Virus record (IMG/VR): IMGVR_UViG_3300010883_008292
Coordinates: 1-64,000 of that record
Source of the DNA: a virus
DNA length: 64,000 nucleotides
Reading direction: 5' to 3' (one strand)
Shown here: in pieces, positions 29,514 to 39,027 of the stretch
How positions within the stretch are numbered: the stretch's first letter is position 1
Layout of the letters: every line of letters begins with the position of its first letter
Program-made: the position numbers and the translations under genes
The notes under the pieces: generated by a model
Databases searched by the model: none
What the model saw: the letters and a program-made list of their open reading frames with translations, nothing else
Told to the model about the DNA's origin: nothing

Positions 29514-30406
29514 CAACAACGAACATTAGCAATGTATCAGAGGCAAGTTGGAGTAGTAATAATCCTAATGAACTGGATTATTTAAGACCCAATGCCTTTA
29601 AATTTCAGATACACAACATTCCTAACGTGTCTTACTTTTGTCAAGCAGCAAACATTCCAGAAATGAATCTACCACCTGCTGTTATGTCAACGCCACTTGT
29701 TGATATACCTTTTGCAGGAGACAAATTAGACTTTGGTACGTTAATGATACGATTCTTAATACAAGAAGACATGAAAAACTTTAAAGAGCTATATGACTGG
29801 CTTGTTGGATTAGGATTTCCAGAATCACATGCACAATATTCAACTTTTGGAAAGAGTCAGGAGTATAGGTTCCCTGATATAAGTCCTACTAAACAAAAGG
29901 CACTAGGCCAACACTCAGACGCAAGTTTATTTCTATTAGACTCAAACAACAATCCACTTTCTCAAATTATATTTAGAGACGCCTTCCCTATTAGTTTACA
30001 GGGGTTAGACTTTGAAATTTCAACAGGACAAACAGACTATATGGTAGGTGTTGCCATGTTTAGATACAAAGACTATGTAATTGAAACATCAACACAACCG
30101 GTTTCGTTTGTGGCTAGTAATATAGGACCAACCATTACATCATCAGCTTACTGGTGGGCAGCAGAGAACCAAACAGCTATTGGTACCATCGTGGCTACTG
30201 ATCCTGAAAATAATACACTAGCATATACCGTAACAGGTACAGACGCAGGCGCTTTAACACTCAACTCAACGACAGGAGTATTAACGTTTACTACTGCACC
30301 AAATTTTGAAGTGAAGAGTAGCTATAAAGCAACAATCAACGTTACCGACGGCTCATTTACAGCAAAACAGAACATCATTATTACAGTTACTGACGTCGCC
30401 GAATAA
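29510..30406 (+). CDS. 3: tail tube terminator gp3 with C-terminal cadherin-like domain
   Basis: YFCQAANIP, GDKLDF, EDMKNFKELYDWL, FRDAFPISL; then PTITS...ENQT...ATDPE...PNFE...VTDVAE. Confidence 0.85.
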   Translation: MTTTNISNVSEASWSSNNPNELDYLRPNAFKFQIHNIPNVSYFCQAANIPEMNLPPAVMSTPLVDIPFAGDKLDFGTLMIRFLIQEDMKNFKELYDWLVGLGFPESHAQYSTFGKSQEYRFPDISPTKQKALGQHSDASLFLLDSNNNPLSQIIFRDAFPISLQGLDFEISTGQTDYMVGVAMFRYKDYVIETSTQPVSFVASNIGPTITSSAYWWAAENQTAIGTIVATDPENNTLAYTVTGTDAGALTLNSTTGVLTFTTAPNFEVKSSYKATINVTDGSFTAKQNIIITVTDVAE

Positions 30407-30422
30407 ACGGTACTCTTGCCAC

Positions 30423-30451
30423 TTGATTCTTAGTTAGTAACCAACTATACT
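30423..30451 (+). promoter_or_regulatory. sigma70-like promoter of uvsY
   Basis: TTGATT-N17-TATACT; ATG begins 7 nt after the -10 box. Confidence 0.75.
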
Positions 30452-30457
30452 ATACAT

Positions 30458-30901
30458 ATGATTACATTAAATGAACTGCAGGACATGTGGGTTGAGGATT
30501 GTAAAATTGATGATCTCAATTTAGGTCCGGAGTCTACGAAAACACCTGAACTACATGCTAAATACCTAAACATGTTATCCACGTTCAAATTAACATCACG
30601 CAAAAACAAATCCAATTTACTATCTTTACGACGCGTCAAGTGGCAGTATTATCGAGGTGAATTGACACAACCAGAACTTAACAACTTAGGGTGGGATCAG
30701 TACCTAGGCAACGCTCCTTTGAATAATCAAATGAATGACTTCTTAGACACTGACCCTGATGTTATTAAACTAACTGATAAAGTCGAGTATATAGACACTT
30801 GTATAACCCTCTGTGAGGGTGTTATGAGGTCCTTAAATAGCCGTTCCTTTGATATTAAAAACGCTATTGAGTGGACCAAGTTTACGAACGGCCTTTTATA
30901 G
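30458..30901 (+). CDS. uvsY: recombination mediator UvsY
   Basis: ESTKTPELHAKY, WQYYRG, RSFDIKNAIEW. Confidence 0.92.
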   Translation: MITLNELQDMWVEDCKIDDLNLGPESTKTPELHAKYLNMLSTFKLTSRKNKSNLLSLRRVKWQYYRGELTQPELNNLGWDQYLGNAPLNNQMNDFLDTDPDVIKLTDKVEYIDTCITLCEGVMRSLNSRSFDIKNAIEWTKFTNGLL

Positions 30902-30940
30902 TGGTAAAAAAATGACGACCTTTTTGGAGCAAAAAAAGTT

Positions 30941-32398
30941 TTGATAAAAGTAAAACAAAAAGATTCAGTATATCTTAGAATAGATACAGACTTGAGTACT
31001 GATCAAGAGATATCAGACTTTTTTACCTTCGATGTTCCTGGTGCTAAGTTCATGCCACTATACAGAAATAGAATGTGGGACGGAAAGGCTAGACTATATA
31101 GCATGTACACGAAAGAATTATATGTAGGGTTACTACCTTACTTAAAGGACTTTGCTAATACATTAGAATATGAAATGGAAGTAGACGTAGATGATATTAG
31201 TGAACAAACAGATGTAAAACTATTAACAGACTCATTAAGGTTACAAGCAAATGGCAAAAGAATTCAAATTAGGGACTATCAGAGGCACGCGGTTGATCAT
31301 TGTATTAGAGAAGGTAGATCTTTACTTCTATCTCCCACTGCTAGTGGTAAGTCTCTCATTATATATTCTCTTATAAGGTATCACCAAGCAAGAGGACGCA
31401 AGCAACTTATTGTAGTACCAACAACATCATTAGTAGAACAGATGTATGGTGACTTCGAGGATTATGCTAGTGCAGATCCGTGGAAGGTATCAGAAAACTG
31501 TCATAGAATATATGGAGGCAAGGAAAAGAGTAATGAATGGCCAATAACTATTAGTACATGGCAATCAATATACAAGTATCCAAAAGCATGGTTCAAAGAC
31601 TTTGATGTATTCTATGGTGACGAGGCTCATTTATTTAAGGCTAAATCACTTACAACTTTAATGAATAAATGTACTAACACACCCTATAGGATCGGGACTA
31701 CGGGTACATTAGACGGTACTAAGACTCATAAGTTAGTATTAGAAGGCACGTTTGGACCTGTACATAAGGTAACAACTACTAAAAAACTAATGGACGACAA
31801 ACAGCTAGCCACTTTAAAAATAATATGTTGTACATTAAATTATAAAGATGCTGAAAAGAAAGATATGAAAAAGAAAACATATCAAGAAGAGATAGATTGG
31901 CTTGTTACTAATCCTCAGCGAAATGAGATCATTAGAAACTTAACGATAGCACAAGACGGCAATACATTATTACTATTTCAGTTCGTAGAAAAGCATGGAA
32001 GGGTATTATATGATATGCTTAAAGGTGAAGATCGTTCTGTGTTCTTTGTACATGGCGGAACAGATACACAAACAAGGGAAGAAATAAGAGCATTAACAGA
32101 AAAAGAAGAGGACGCAATCATTGTCGCTTCGTACGGTACATTTTCTACGGGTATAAATATAAGGAACCTACATAATATTGTCTTTGCCTCTCCTAGTAAG
32201 AGTAGAATTAGAAATTTACAATCAATTGGAAGAGGACTTCGTAGAGGAGACAAAAAGGTTGTATGTAACTTGTTTGATATTGGTGATGACTTATCGTGGA
32301 AATCACACAAGAATTATACATTGAATCATTTAATAGAACGTATTAAACTCTATAACGAAGAAGGGTTTAATTATAAATTGGTGAAAATAAATGTCTAA
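30941..32398 (+). CDS. uvsW: DNA helicase UvsW
   Basis: SPTASGKS, GDEAH, TGT, LQSIGRGLR; TTG start. Confidence 0.96.
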   Translation: MIKVKQKDSVYLRIDTDLSTDQEISDFFTFDVPGAKFMPLYRNRMWDGKARLYSMYTKELYVGLLPYLKDFANTLEYEMEVDVDDISEQTDVKLLTDSLRLQANGKRIQIRDYQRHAVDHCIREGRSLLLSPTASGKSLIIYSLIRYHQARGRKQLIVVPTTSLVEQMYGDFEDYASADPWKVSENCHRIYGGKEKSNEWPITISTWQSIYKYPKAWFKDFDVFYGDEAHLFKAKSLTTLMNKCTNTPYRIGTTGTLDGTKTHKLVLEGTFGPVHKVTTTKKLMDDKQLATLKIICCTLNYKDAEKKDMKKKTYQEEIDWLVTNPQRNEIIRNLTIAQDGNTLLLFQFVEKHGRVLYDMLKGEDRSVFFVHGGTDTQTREEIRALTEKEEDAIIVASYGTFSTGINIRNLHNIVFASPSKSRIRNLQSIGRGLRRGDKKVVCNLFDIGDDLSWKSHKNYTLNHLIERIKLYNEEGFNYKLVKINV

Positions 32399-32810
32399 AC
32401 AAGAAATAAGCATCATTAAATTGATGGACGGCTCAACGTTAGTCGGTAAAATTAGTTATGGAGAAGACGTGGTAAATATAGAACACCCTATTGAGTTAGT
32501 ACCCCAAGTGGTACCTACACCAGGTGGTTTTATCGGCGAAGCAATTAATTTAAGGCCTTGGATAGCAGTGGCAGAAGAGCAGGCGTTTCAAATAGAACGT
32601 AGTAATGTTATTACAGTAGCAAATTTACAAGCAAACTTTATCCCTGGCTATCATAGAATGGTTAAGTCAATATATTTTGGCAGGCCTGAGTGGCGTGGAG
32701 ACTTCATAGAAGATAACAACGATTTTGAAATTGAAGAGCAACTACAAGAATTAGATTTAGAAACATTAGAAGAACTAGCAATTGCGGTTATAGAAAAGAA
32801 AATACATTAG
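32391..32810 (+). CDS. conserved T4-like hypothetical protein (small beta-barrel)
   Basis: IIKLMDGSTLVGKI; lies between uvsW and gene 55; similar N-terminus to 60448. Confidence 0.65.
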   Translation: MSKQEISIIKLMDGSTLVGKISYGEDVVNIEHPIELVPQVVPTPGGFIGEAINLRPWIAVAEEQAFQIERSNVITVANLQANFIPGYHRMVKSIYFGRPEWRGDFIEDNNDFEIEEQLQELDLETLEELAIAVIEKKIH

Positions 32811-32819
32811 GAGTATATT

Positions 32820-33443
32820 ATGGCAAAAAGGAGAGACCCAAACTCAGCACACTACATTGACAACAAGGAAATGCTTGTCAAGATAAGTGAGTACAGAGTT
32901 AAAAGATTAGAAGCAGAAGAATGTGGCGAACCCAAACCACGAGTTACAAATTATTTAGGTGAATGTTTTGTTAAAATAGCAAACCACTTAGCGTTTAAAT
33001 CAAATTTTGTAAACTACACATTTAGAGATGAAATGATTCTAGATGGTATTGAAAATTGTCTTACATATATGGACAACTTTGATCCAGCAAAATCTAAAAA
33101 TCCTTTTGCGTACTTTACACAAATCACATACTACGCTTTCATTAGACGTATCCAAAAAGAGAAACGTCAAATGGAAACGAAATTTAAATACATTAAGAGT
33201 CTAGATATAGAACAAATTTTAGCACATGGTTCTGATGGCGACAGTCACAACAATGAGTACCTTAGTTATATGAGAAATATCATTGAACAGGCTGAAGCAG
33301 ATAATGCAAAAGCAGACAAAGCCAATGAAGGTAAGAAAGTAGTTAAGCGTAGACCAATATATTTAGACAAGAAAATTAAAGCAAAAGAAGCAGCAGAAGC
33401 GGCAGCAGCAGCAGAAGCAGAAAAAGGACAAGTAGGTACTTGA
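32820..33443 (+). CDS. 55: late sigma factor gp55
   Basis: HYIDNKE, NFVNYTFRDEMILDGIENC, NPFAYFTQI, RRIQKEK. Confidence 0.96.
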   Translation: MAKRRDPNSAHYIDNKEMLVKISEYRVKRLEAEECGEPKPRVTNYLGECFVKIANHLAFKSNFVNYTFRDEMILDGIENCLTYMDNFDPAKSKNPFAYFTQITYYAFIRRIQKEKRQMETKFKYIKSLDIEQILAHGSDGDSHNNEYLSYMRNIIEQAEADNAKADKANEGKKVVKRRPIYLDKKIKAKEAAEAAAAAEAEKGQVGT

Positions 33444-33469
33444 CTCGAGGTTAGTAGACCATATATAAT
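33440..33469 (+). promoter_or_regulatory. sigma70-like GGTT-type promoter of the deazaguanine cluster
   Basis: TTGACTcgaGGTT...-N18-TATAAT, 8 nt before the queE ATG. Confidence 0.7.
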
Positions 33470-33477
33470 GTTACATA

Positions 33478-34356
33478 ATGAAGATAAGATATAGCGAAGT
33501 ATTTTATAGCGTACAAGGTGAAGGAAGATTTGTAGGAGTTCCGAGTATATTCCTACGAGTTTTTGGTTGCAACTTTGAATGTAGAGGTTTCGGACAGGAG
33601 AGAGATAATTTAATCCCTGTCGAGGAAATGCCTTACTTTACAGATCCCAAAGCAGATAAAAACCATCCCGAAGCATACAAATCAATAACAGAATTACCTG
33701 TTACACCGGTAGGGTGTGATAGCTCTGCCAGTTGGGCTATGAAATATAAACATTTACAATTAACAGAGACATTAGAAGAAGTGTTTGATCGTATTGTTAA
33801 ACTATTACCCAATGGTAGGTTTGACGAGAAGAACGATATCCATTTAGTCATTACAGGTGGTGAACCTCTACTGGGTTGGCAACGGTGTTGGCCAGCCCTT
33901 TTAGAGATGTGTAAGGAAGTAGGTTTACAGAATGTTACTTACGAAACTAATGGCACACAAGATTTACAAAAACAATTGATAGACTATTTTAATGGTGACG
34001 GTAAAGACATACATGTAACTTGGAGCACCTCACCTAAATTAAGTTTATCGGGTGAAGAAGTGTTTGATGCATTAATCCCAGAAGTATTATTGGGTATGCA
34101 AGAGGTAAGTAACAGTCATTTATATAACAAATTTGTTGTTCGAGACATAAATGATTTTGAAGAAGTAGATATATTTGTAGAAGCATACAAAGATGCTGGA
34201 GTTAAATTGGACGCAGTTTACTGTATGCCTGAAGGCGCCACGTTAGAACAACAAACATTAACAGAAAAAGATGTAGCAGAGGCTTGTATGCAGACAGGAT
34301 ATAAATTCAGTCCTAGGCTACACATAACATTATTTGGCAACGCATGGGGGACATAA
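33478..34356 (+). CDS. queE: 7-carboxy-7-deazaguanine synthase (radical SAM)
   Basis: EVFYSVQGEG, FLRVFGCNFEC...CDS (expanded Cys spacing), TGGEP, ETNGT, SPKL, SPRLH. Confidence 0.93.
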   Translation: MKIRYSEVFYSVQGEGRFVGVPSIFLRVFGCNFECRGFGQERDNLIPVEEMPYFTDPKADKNHPEAYKSITELPVTPVGCDSSASWAMKYKHLQLTETLEEVFDRIVKLLPNGRFDEKNDIHLVITGGEPLLGWQRCWPALLEMCKEVGLQNVTYETNGTQDLQKQLIDYFNGDGKDIHVTWSTSPKLSLSGEEVFDALIPEVLLGMQEVSNSHLYNKFVVRDINDFEEVDIFVEAYKDAGVKLDAVYCMPEGATLEQQTLTEKDVAEACMQTGYKFSPRLHITLFGNAWGT

Positions 34357-34524
34357 ATGAAAAATAGATTATTAGATTGGATGGATAAAAAAGCAGGTGG
34401 GGTAACGGAGAGTGAAATTTATCAAAGTAGATGGGTATGGTACCATACTATATTAGCTTTTGAAATATTTTTTACTAACATTCTATTACTTGCAATACTA
34501 TTACTTCTCGCAATTAAATTATGA
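34357..34524 (+). CDS. 55-aa membrane protein (not in the ORF track)
   Basis: Manual translation with a C-terminal hydrophobic helix; abuts queE and is ATGA-coupled to the next ORF. Confidence 0.6.
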   Translation: MKNRLLDWMDKKAGGVTESEIYQSRWVWYHTILAFEIFFTNILLLAILLLLAIKL

Positions 34525-34733
34525 ACCAGAAACAGAAGCAAGCACTTAAAGAATCTCTAGTTACAGTTGGATCTGGCTTTGTTGTCAACTTTCCAATTAG
34601 TGTTGTGCTTTTATATATCTTTATTGATGTACTAGCATTATCAACCTTTACAGTATCAGCATTATTAACAGGCTGCTTTACTTTTATAGCCCTCATTAGA
34701 GTTTATACTATTAGAATGTGGTTTTCAAAATGA
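34521..34733 (+). CDS. small two-helix membrane protein
   Basis: ESLVTVGSGF...RVYTIRMWF; hydrophobic. Confidence 0.65.
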   Translation: MNQKQKQALKESLVTVGSGFVVNFPISVVLLYIFIDVLALSTFTVSALLTGCFTFIALIRVYTIRMWFSK

Positions 34734-35167
34734 TTAAAATTAAGGAAGCAGACAAACTTTATGTGGGCTGGCAGGAAATGCACCAACTGTGTATTCTTAT
34801 GGCTCTAGTAATTAGCGAAAAAAAGTATAAAAGAATTGTAGGTATCAGCAGGGGCGGCCTTATTCCAGGAGTATGCCTGTCCCAATCATTAGACATTCCT
34901 TTTGAACCTTTACAATGGCAAACTAGAGATGGTGACCTTAGGGACACACTTTCAGTAGCATTAATGGCACTAGAAGATCCAAACGATATATTATTCGTAG
35001 ACGATGTATGTGATAGCGGCCAAACAATAGAACAAATTAGAGATATCTTCCCTGAGAGTCACTGGGCTGTACTTTACTCCAAAAAGGGTAACATGGCTAT
35101 TGACTTTGAAGGCTGTAGGCTTTATAATAACAAACAATGGATAGTATTTCCTTGGGAGAAAAAATGA
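34730..35167 (+). CDS. purine phosphoribosyltransferase (Gpt/Hpt-like type I PRTase)
   Basis: VGISRGGLIPG, ILFVDDVCDSGQT (PRPP loop), WIVFPWE. Confidence 0.88.
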   Translation: MIKIKEADKLYVGWQEMHQLCILMALVISEKKYKRIVGISRGGLIPGVCLSQSLDIPFEPLQWQTRDGDLRDTLSVALMALEDPNDILFVDDVCDSGQTIEQIRDIFPESHWAVLYSKKGNMAIDFEGCRLYNNKQWIVFPWEKK

Positions 35168-35847
35168 GTACGAGTGAGAGAATAAGAACACGGTTAGAAG
35201 TAGACGGTAAACGTTACTACGCAGCCGATAACATATCACAATATATTAAACCCTTAGAGAAGGCAGAGTTAATAGAAGAACTTACGGAAAAGTTTGAAGG
35301 TGTTTTAGATGCTTTAATAATAGATAGGAAGAATGATCCTAACAGTATGGACACACCTAGGCGCTTAGCTAAGATGTATATATTAGAAATAATGGGTGGT
35401 AGGTATGATGACGACCCTAGAATAACAGCATTTCCTAATGATGGAAAGTATGACCAACTGATTACTGTTAGAATGGATTTAAAAAGCATGTGTTCACATC
35501 ATCACCAACCAGTGAATGGTGTTTGTTATGTATCATGTATGCCAGGAGAAGAAGTTATTGGACTGTCTAAATATACTAGAGTGGCACAGCATTTAGCATC
35601 ACGTGGACACTTACAAGAAGAGCTTTGTGAAATGATTGCAGAAAGAATTGAGAAACTTACAAAGTCTAAGGCAGTAGGCGTTTATATTAAAGCAAGACAT
35701 GGGTGTTGTGAGAACAGAGGCATTAGAGCTAGTAACAGTAGCACACAGACAACGGTTCTAAAAGGAGAACTAAAGACGAACCCTTCATTAAAAGAAGAGT
35801 TTATGGACAATATAAAATTACAGGAGATGAATGGTGGACACGCTTAG
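35164..35847 (+). CDS. folE: GTP cyclohydrolase I
   Basis: TPRRLAKMY, SMCSHH, GLSK, QEEL, HGCCENRG. Confidence 0.95.
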   Translation: MSTSERIRTRLEVDGKRYYAADNISQYIKPLEKAELIEELTEKFEGVLDALIIDRKNDPNSMDTPRRLAKMYILEIMGGRYDDDPRITAFPNDGKYDQLITVRMDLKSMCSHHHQPVNGVCYVSCMPGEEVIGLSKYTRVAQHLASRGHLQEELCEMIAERIEKLTKSKAVGVYIKARHGCCENRGIRASNSSTQTTVLKGELKTNPSLKEEFMDNIKLQEMNGGHA

Positions 35848-36361
35848 TAGACAAATAGTATTAGATTTAGAAACACTTTCAACCAGATCTAATGCAGCCA
35901 TTGTATCAATTGGTGCAGTAGCAATTGAGAATTTAGAAATAGTAGATGAATTCTATGTGAATGTAGACCCTAAAACTTGTAAAGAGGCAGGACTACACAT
36001 AGATCCTTTAACAATAGAGTGGTGGGCCCAACAAGACTTGGAAGCAAGGAGTGCATTAACAGTCAATCCTGTTCCATTAGATGAAGCATTAGATAAATTT
36101 GCTACATTTTTTGGCGAAGGTAAAATATGGGGCATGGGTGCTAATTTTGATGTTGTTATAATGGAAAGCGCTATGACACTATCAGGTTGGAATACTAATA
36201 GAGATGCAAGAGATAAATTCCCTTGGAAGTTTTGGGACATTTTTTGTTTAAGAACTTTAATGAATGTTTTAGGTAAACGTTTACCCAAAGCAAATAACCA
36301 CAACGCATTAGATGATGCAAAAGCTGAGGCAGAAATGCTAATTCAAATTTTAAAAACATGA
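35831..36361 (+). CDS. DEDDh 3'-5' exonuclease (DexA-like)
   Basis: LDLETL, TIEWW, NFDVVI, HNALDDA. Confidence 0.85.
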   Translation: MVDTLSRQIVLDLETLSTRSNAAIVSIGAVAIENLEIVDEFYVNVDPKTCKEAGLHIDPLTIEWWAQQDLEARSALTVNPVPLDEALDKFATFFGEGKIWGMGANFDVVIMESAMTLSGWNTNRDARDKFPWKFWDIFCLRTLMNVLGKRLPKANNHNALDDAKAEAEMLIQILKT

Positions 36362-37626
36362 AACATACTTTAGACTATGTAGTATCAGGAACCTCATACA
36401 TGCGTTTGAGTAATCCTAACATTGCTTTTGATAAAACGAATACAAGCATTGTGTCTATGCTAATAAAGAAATTAGTACAAGATCAATTCAGCCATAAGTT
36501 TTCATTACTTTATAATGCACATACAGAACATTCTTTTGGTGATAGATTTAAACCATATCATGATGCTGCACATAGCATACATGCAGACTCAGGTGGACTT
36601 CAAATTATCACTCAAGGAATGACAATTACAGATGAATTAAAAGAAAAAGTATATAGGAACCAGGCTAAAGGAGCTGATGTTGGCATGTGTTTTGATGAGA
36701 TACCTGTTATACTTACAGGGGAACGCTCAGATAGGAACGATGTTAAACAAAGGTTCTTTGACCACGAAAATTATGAGGAGTTAGCTAGAAAGACTGGACG
36801 CAATGTTAAAAAACAGTTAGAAATTTTTGAAGAAGAAGGTAGTAGCTGTGAACCATATATTATTCTACAAGGTAACGATGTAGATACTTATTTAAGATGG
36901 TATGAATGTTTAATGGAGGAGATACCTAGTGAATGGCATAGCAGGATCGGTGGTGTGGCAATGGGAGCAGCTGCTCTCGGAACAGGACCATTAGAAGATG
37001 TAAAAAGAGCCTTCATAGCATCAGAAATAGCGAAGACATGGCCACGAGATAAGATGCACTTACATATATTAGGCGTAGGTTCTATAAGACGTATAGTTCC
37101 TTACCTAGTCTTTTGTCAGAACGGTTTGTATGACAATGTAGAGATATCATATGACTCTACTACACACAGCAGGGCGGTTGAGACAGGGTTATTCTACATG
37201 GGACAAGGCACAACTAAGTTTAATAGACAGATGTCTAATTTGTATCGCGAAATGTATCAAAACTGTATGAAAACGATCGATTTGGGAGTAGATTTAGACG
37301 AATTTCATCACTTATTAAACACCCCGAGTATGAAAGCTAAAGATGAATACGGCAATTTAAATACATGGTTGTATGTTAGAACAGCTTTTATACTAATGTC
37401 TATTAGAAACTTTATGCAACACTTAGAACAGATGTTGTTAGATAAGGACGCCCTTTTAAAGTTTACGAAGAAGATGAAACTTGATGGACAGTTTAGGAAC
37501 CTATATAATGTAAAAAATAAAGATGATTATATAGCGTGGGAATCAAATCAATATTTAGGTGGGTCAATGAAGTCAATGGCAGTAGCCAGAGAGATGCCTG
37601 CTAGCCTGGAGGAATTATTTGGATGA
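36358..37626 (+). CDS. dpdA: TGT-fold DNA deazaguanine transglycosylase (DpdA-like)
   Basis: ADSGGLQ, CFDEIP, ILQG, LHILGVG and YDSTTH match TGT catalytic motifs; context of folE/queD/queE. Confidence 0.75.
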   Translation: MKHTLDYVVSGTSYMRLSNPNIAFDKTNTSIVSMLIKKLVQDQFSHKFSLLYNAHTEHSFGDRFKPYHDAAHSIHADSGGLQIITQGMTITDELKEKVYRNQAKGADVGMCFDEIPVILTGERSDRNDVKQRFFDHENYEELARKTGRNVKKQLEIFEEEGSSCEPYIILQGNDVDTYLRWYECLMEEIPSEWHSRIGGVAMGAAALGTGPLEDVKRAFIASEIAKTWPRDKMHLHILGVGSIRRIVPYLVFCQNGLYDNVEISYDSTTHSRAVETGLFYMGQGTTKFNRQMSNLYREMYQNCMKTIDLGVDLDEFHHLLNTPSMKAKDEYGNLNTWLYVRTAFILMSIRNFMQHLEQMLLDKDALLKFTKKMKLDGQFRNLYNVKNKDDYIAWESNQYLGGSMKSMAVAREMPASLEELFG

Positions 37627-37976
37627 AAAAGTTTATTAAAGTTAGTTTCCAGAAAGAAGGTATACACAAATACCCTGGAGCAAAAGATCTACCAGGTGTA
37701 GAGTTTTTACAGTATCCACACAGACATATCTTTCACTTCTATGTTACGTTAGAAGTTATGCACGACAATAGAGAAGTAGAATTCATCTTATTTAAAAGAG
37801 AGTTAGAGGAACAGTATGCAACAGGAATCCTCGAACTAGACTACCAGTCATGTGAAATGATGGCTGAAAGTCTTATAAATTATATAGAAGTACATTATCC
37901 TAATCGAGCAATACAAGTAGAAGTGTATGAGGATAATGAAAACGGGGCAATAGTACAGAATGATTTATTTAATTGA
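37623..37976 (+). CDS. QueD-paralog T-fold protein, DpdL-like (putative CDG decarboxylase)
   Basis: LQYPHRHIF (LxxxHRHxF in place of QueD CxxxHGH), SCEMMA, VYEDNENG. Confidence 0.65.
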   Translation: MKKFIKVSFQKEGIHKYPGAKDLPGVEFLQYPHRHIFHFYVTLEVMHDNREVEFILFKRELEEQYATGILELDYQSCEMMAESLINYIEVHYPNRAIQVEVYEDNENGAIVQNDLFN

Positions 37977-39027
37977 TCTAGAGTATGTCGAAACAAGATA
38001 TACTGCACAGTGGAAAACAGAATTTCCACAGTCAATAGCGGACAAGACAGGACAAGACATTACAGTTATTGAAGGCCCTATCATAGAGTCTGATGTTTCT
38101 TCAGGATCATTTTTAGATTTTGCCGCCACTAACATATACAAGTCAGAACAAACAAAAATATTAGCACAGTTCTTTGCAGAAGGTAAAATAAAAGATGGAG
38201 ATCATTTTGTATTTGCTGATGCCTGGCACCCAGGTGTTTTAAATTTAAAATATATGGTAAGCCTATTGGGGTATGATGTTACAATACATGGCCTCTGGCA
38301 TGCAGGAAGTTATGATACAAATGATTTCTTAGGTAGAGATATAGGACCTGTACCTTGGGTAAGGTATACAGAGTTAGCAATGTTCGATGCGTTTGATAAA
38401 AATTATTTCGCTAGCCAATTCCATATAGGTATGTTTGCTAGTGTTATGGCACCCGATCCTAGTCAACAAGAATATTTACAGAGTAAAATGGTTAGGACAG
38501 GCTGGCCAATGGAATATTTAGGACCCACTCTTGACAGAGATACTATAGGTGTAGAGAAACAAAACTTAATATTATTCCCACACAGAAACGCACCAGAAAA
38601 ACAGTTAGAAATATTTAAAGACTTAGAAGCTCAACTACCTGAGTATGATTTTATTAACTGTGCAGAGTTTGATCTAAAGAAACCAGACTATCACTTGTTA
38701 TTAGGGCAAGCAAAGATGGTGTTCAGTGCAAACTTGCAAGAGACATTAGGCATATCTTGTTACGAAATTATGAGGACAGGAGGTGTACCTTTTGTACCAA
38801 ACAGACTTTCATATATGGAAATGTATGATGATGTGTTCAAATACCCTTCAATCTGGACAGAGAGTTGGGAAAACTATCAAAACAATCAAGAGAATTTAAA
38901 AAATAGAATTAGATATTTAATGGAGAACCAGAACAATAATGATATTCGTGGTGCATTAAATACTAATAAAGAAAAACTTGAGAAGCATTATTTCTCAGCA
39001 GAAAACTTATATCAGGAGTTAAGATGA
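37960..39027 (+). CDS. GT-B (GT4-like) glycosyltransferase
   Basis: FPHRNAPEK and ETLGISCYE (EX7E motif); HAGSYD. Confidence 0.8.
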   Translation: MIYLIDLEYVETRYTAQWKTEFPQSIADKTGQDITVIEGPIIESDVSSGSFLDFAATNIYKSEQTKILAQFFAEGKIKDGDHFVFADAWHPGVLNLKYMVSLLGYDVTIHGLWHAGSYDTNDFLGRDIGPVPWVRYTELAMFDAFDKNYFASQFHIGMFASVMAPDPSQQEYLQSKMVRTGWPMEYLGPTLDRDTIGVEKQNLILFPHRNAPEKQLEIFKDLEAQLPEYDFINCAEFDLKKPDYHLLLGQAKMVFSANLQETLGISCYEIMRTGGVPFVPNRLSYMEMYDDVFKYPSIWTESWENYQNNQENLKNRIRYLMENQNNNDIRGALNTNKEKLEKHYFSAENLYQELR

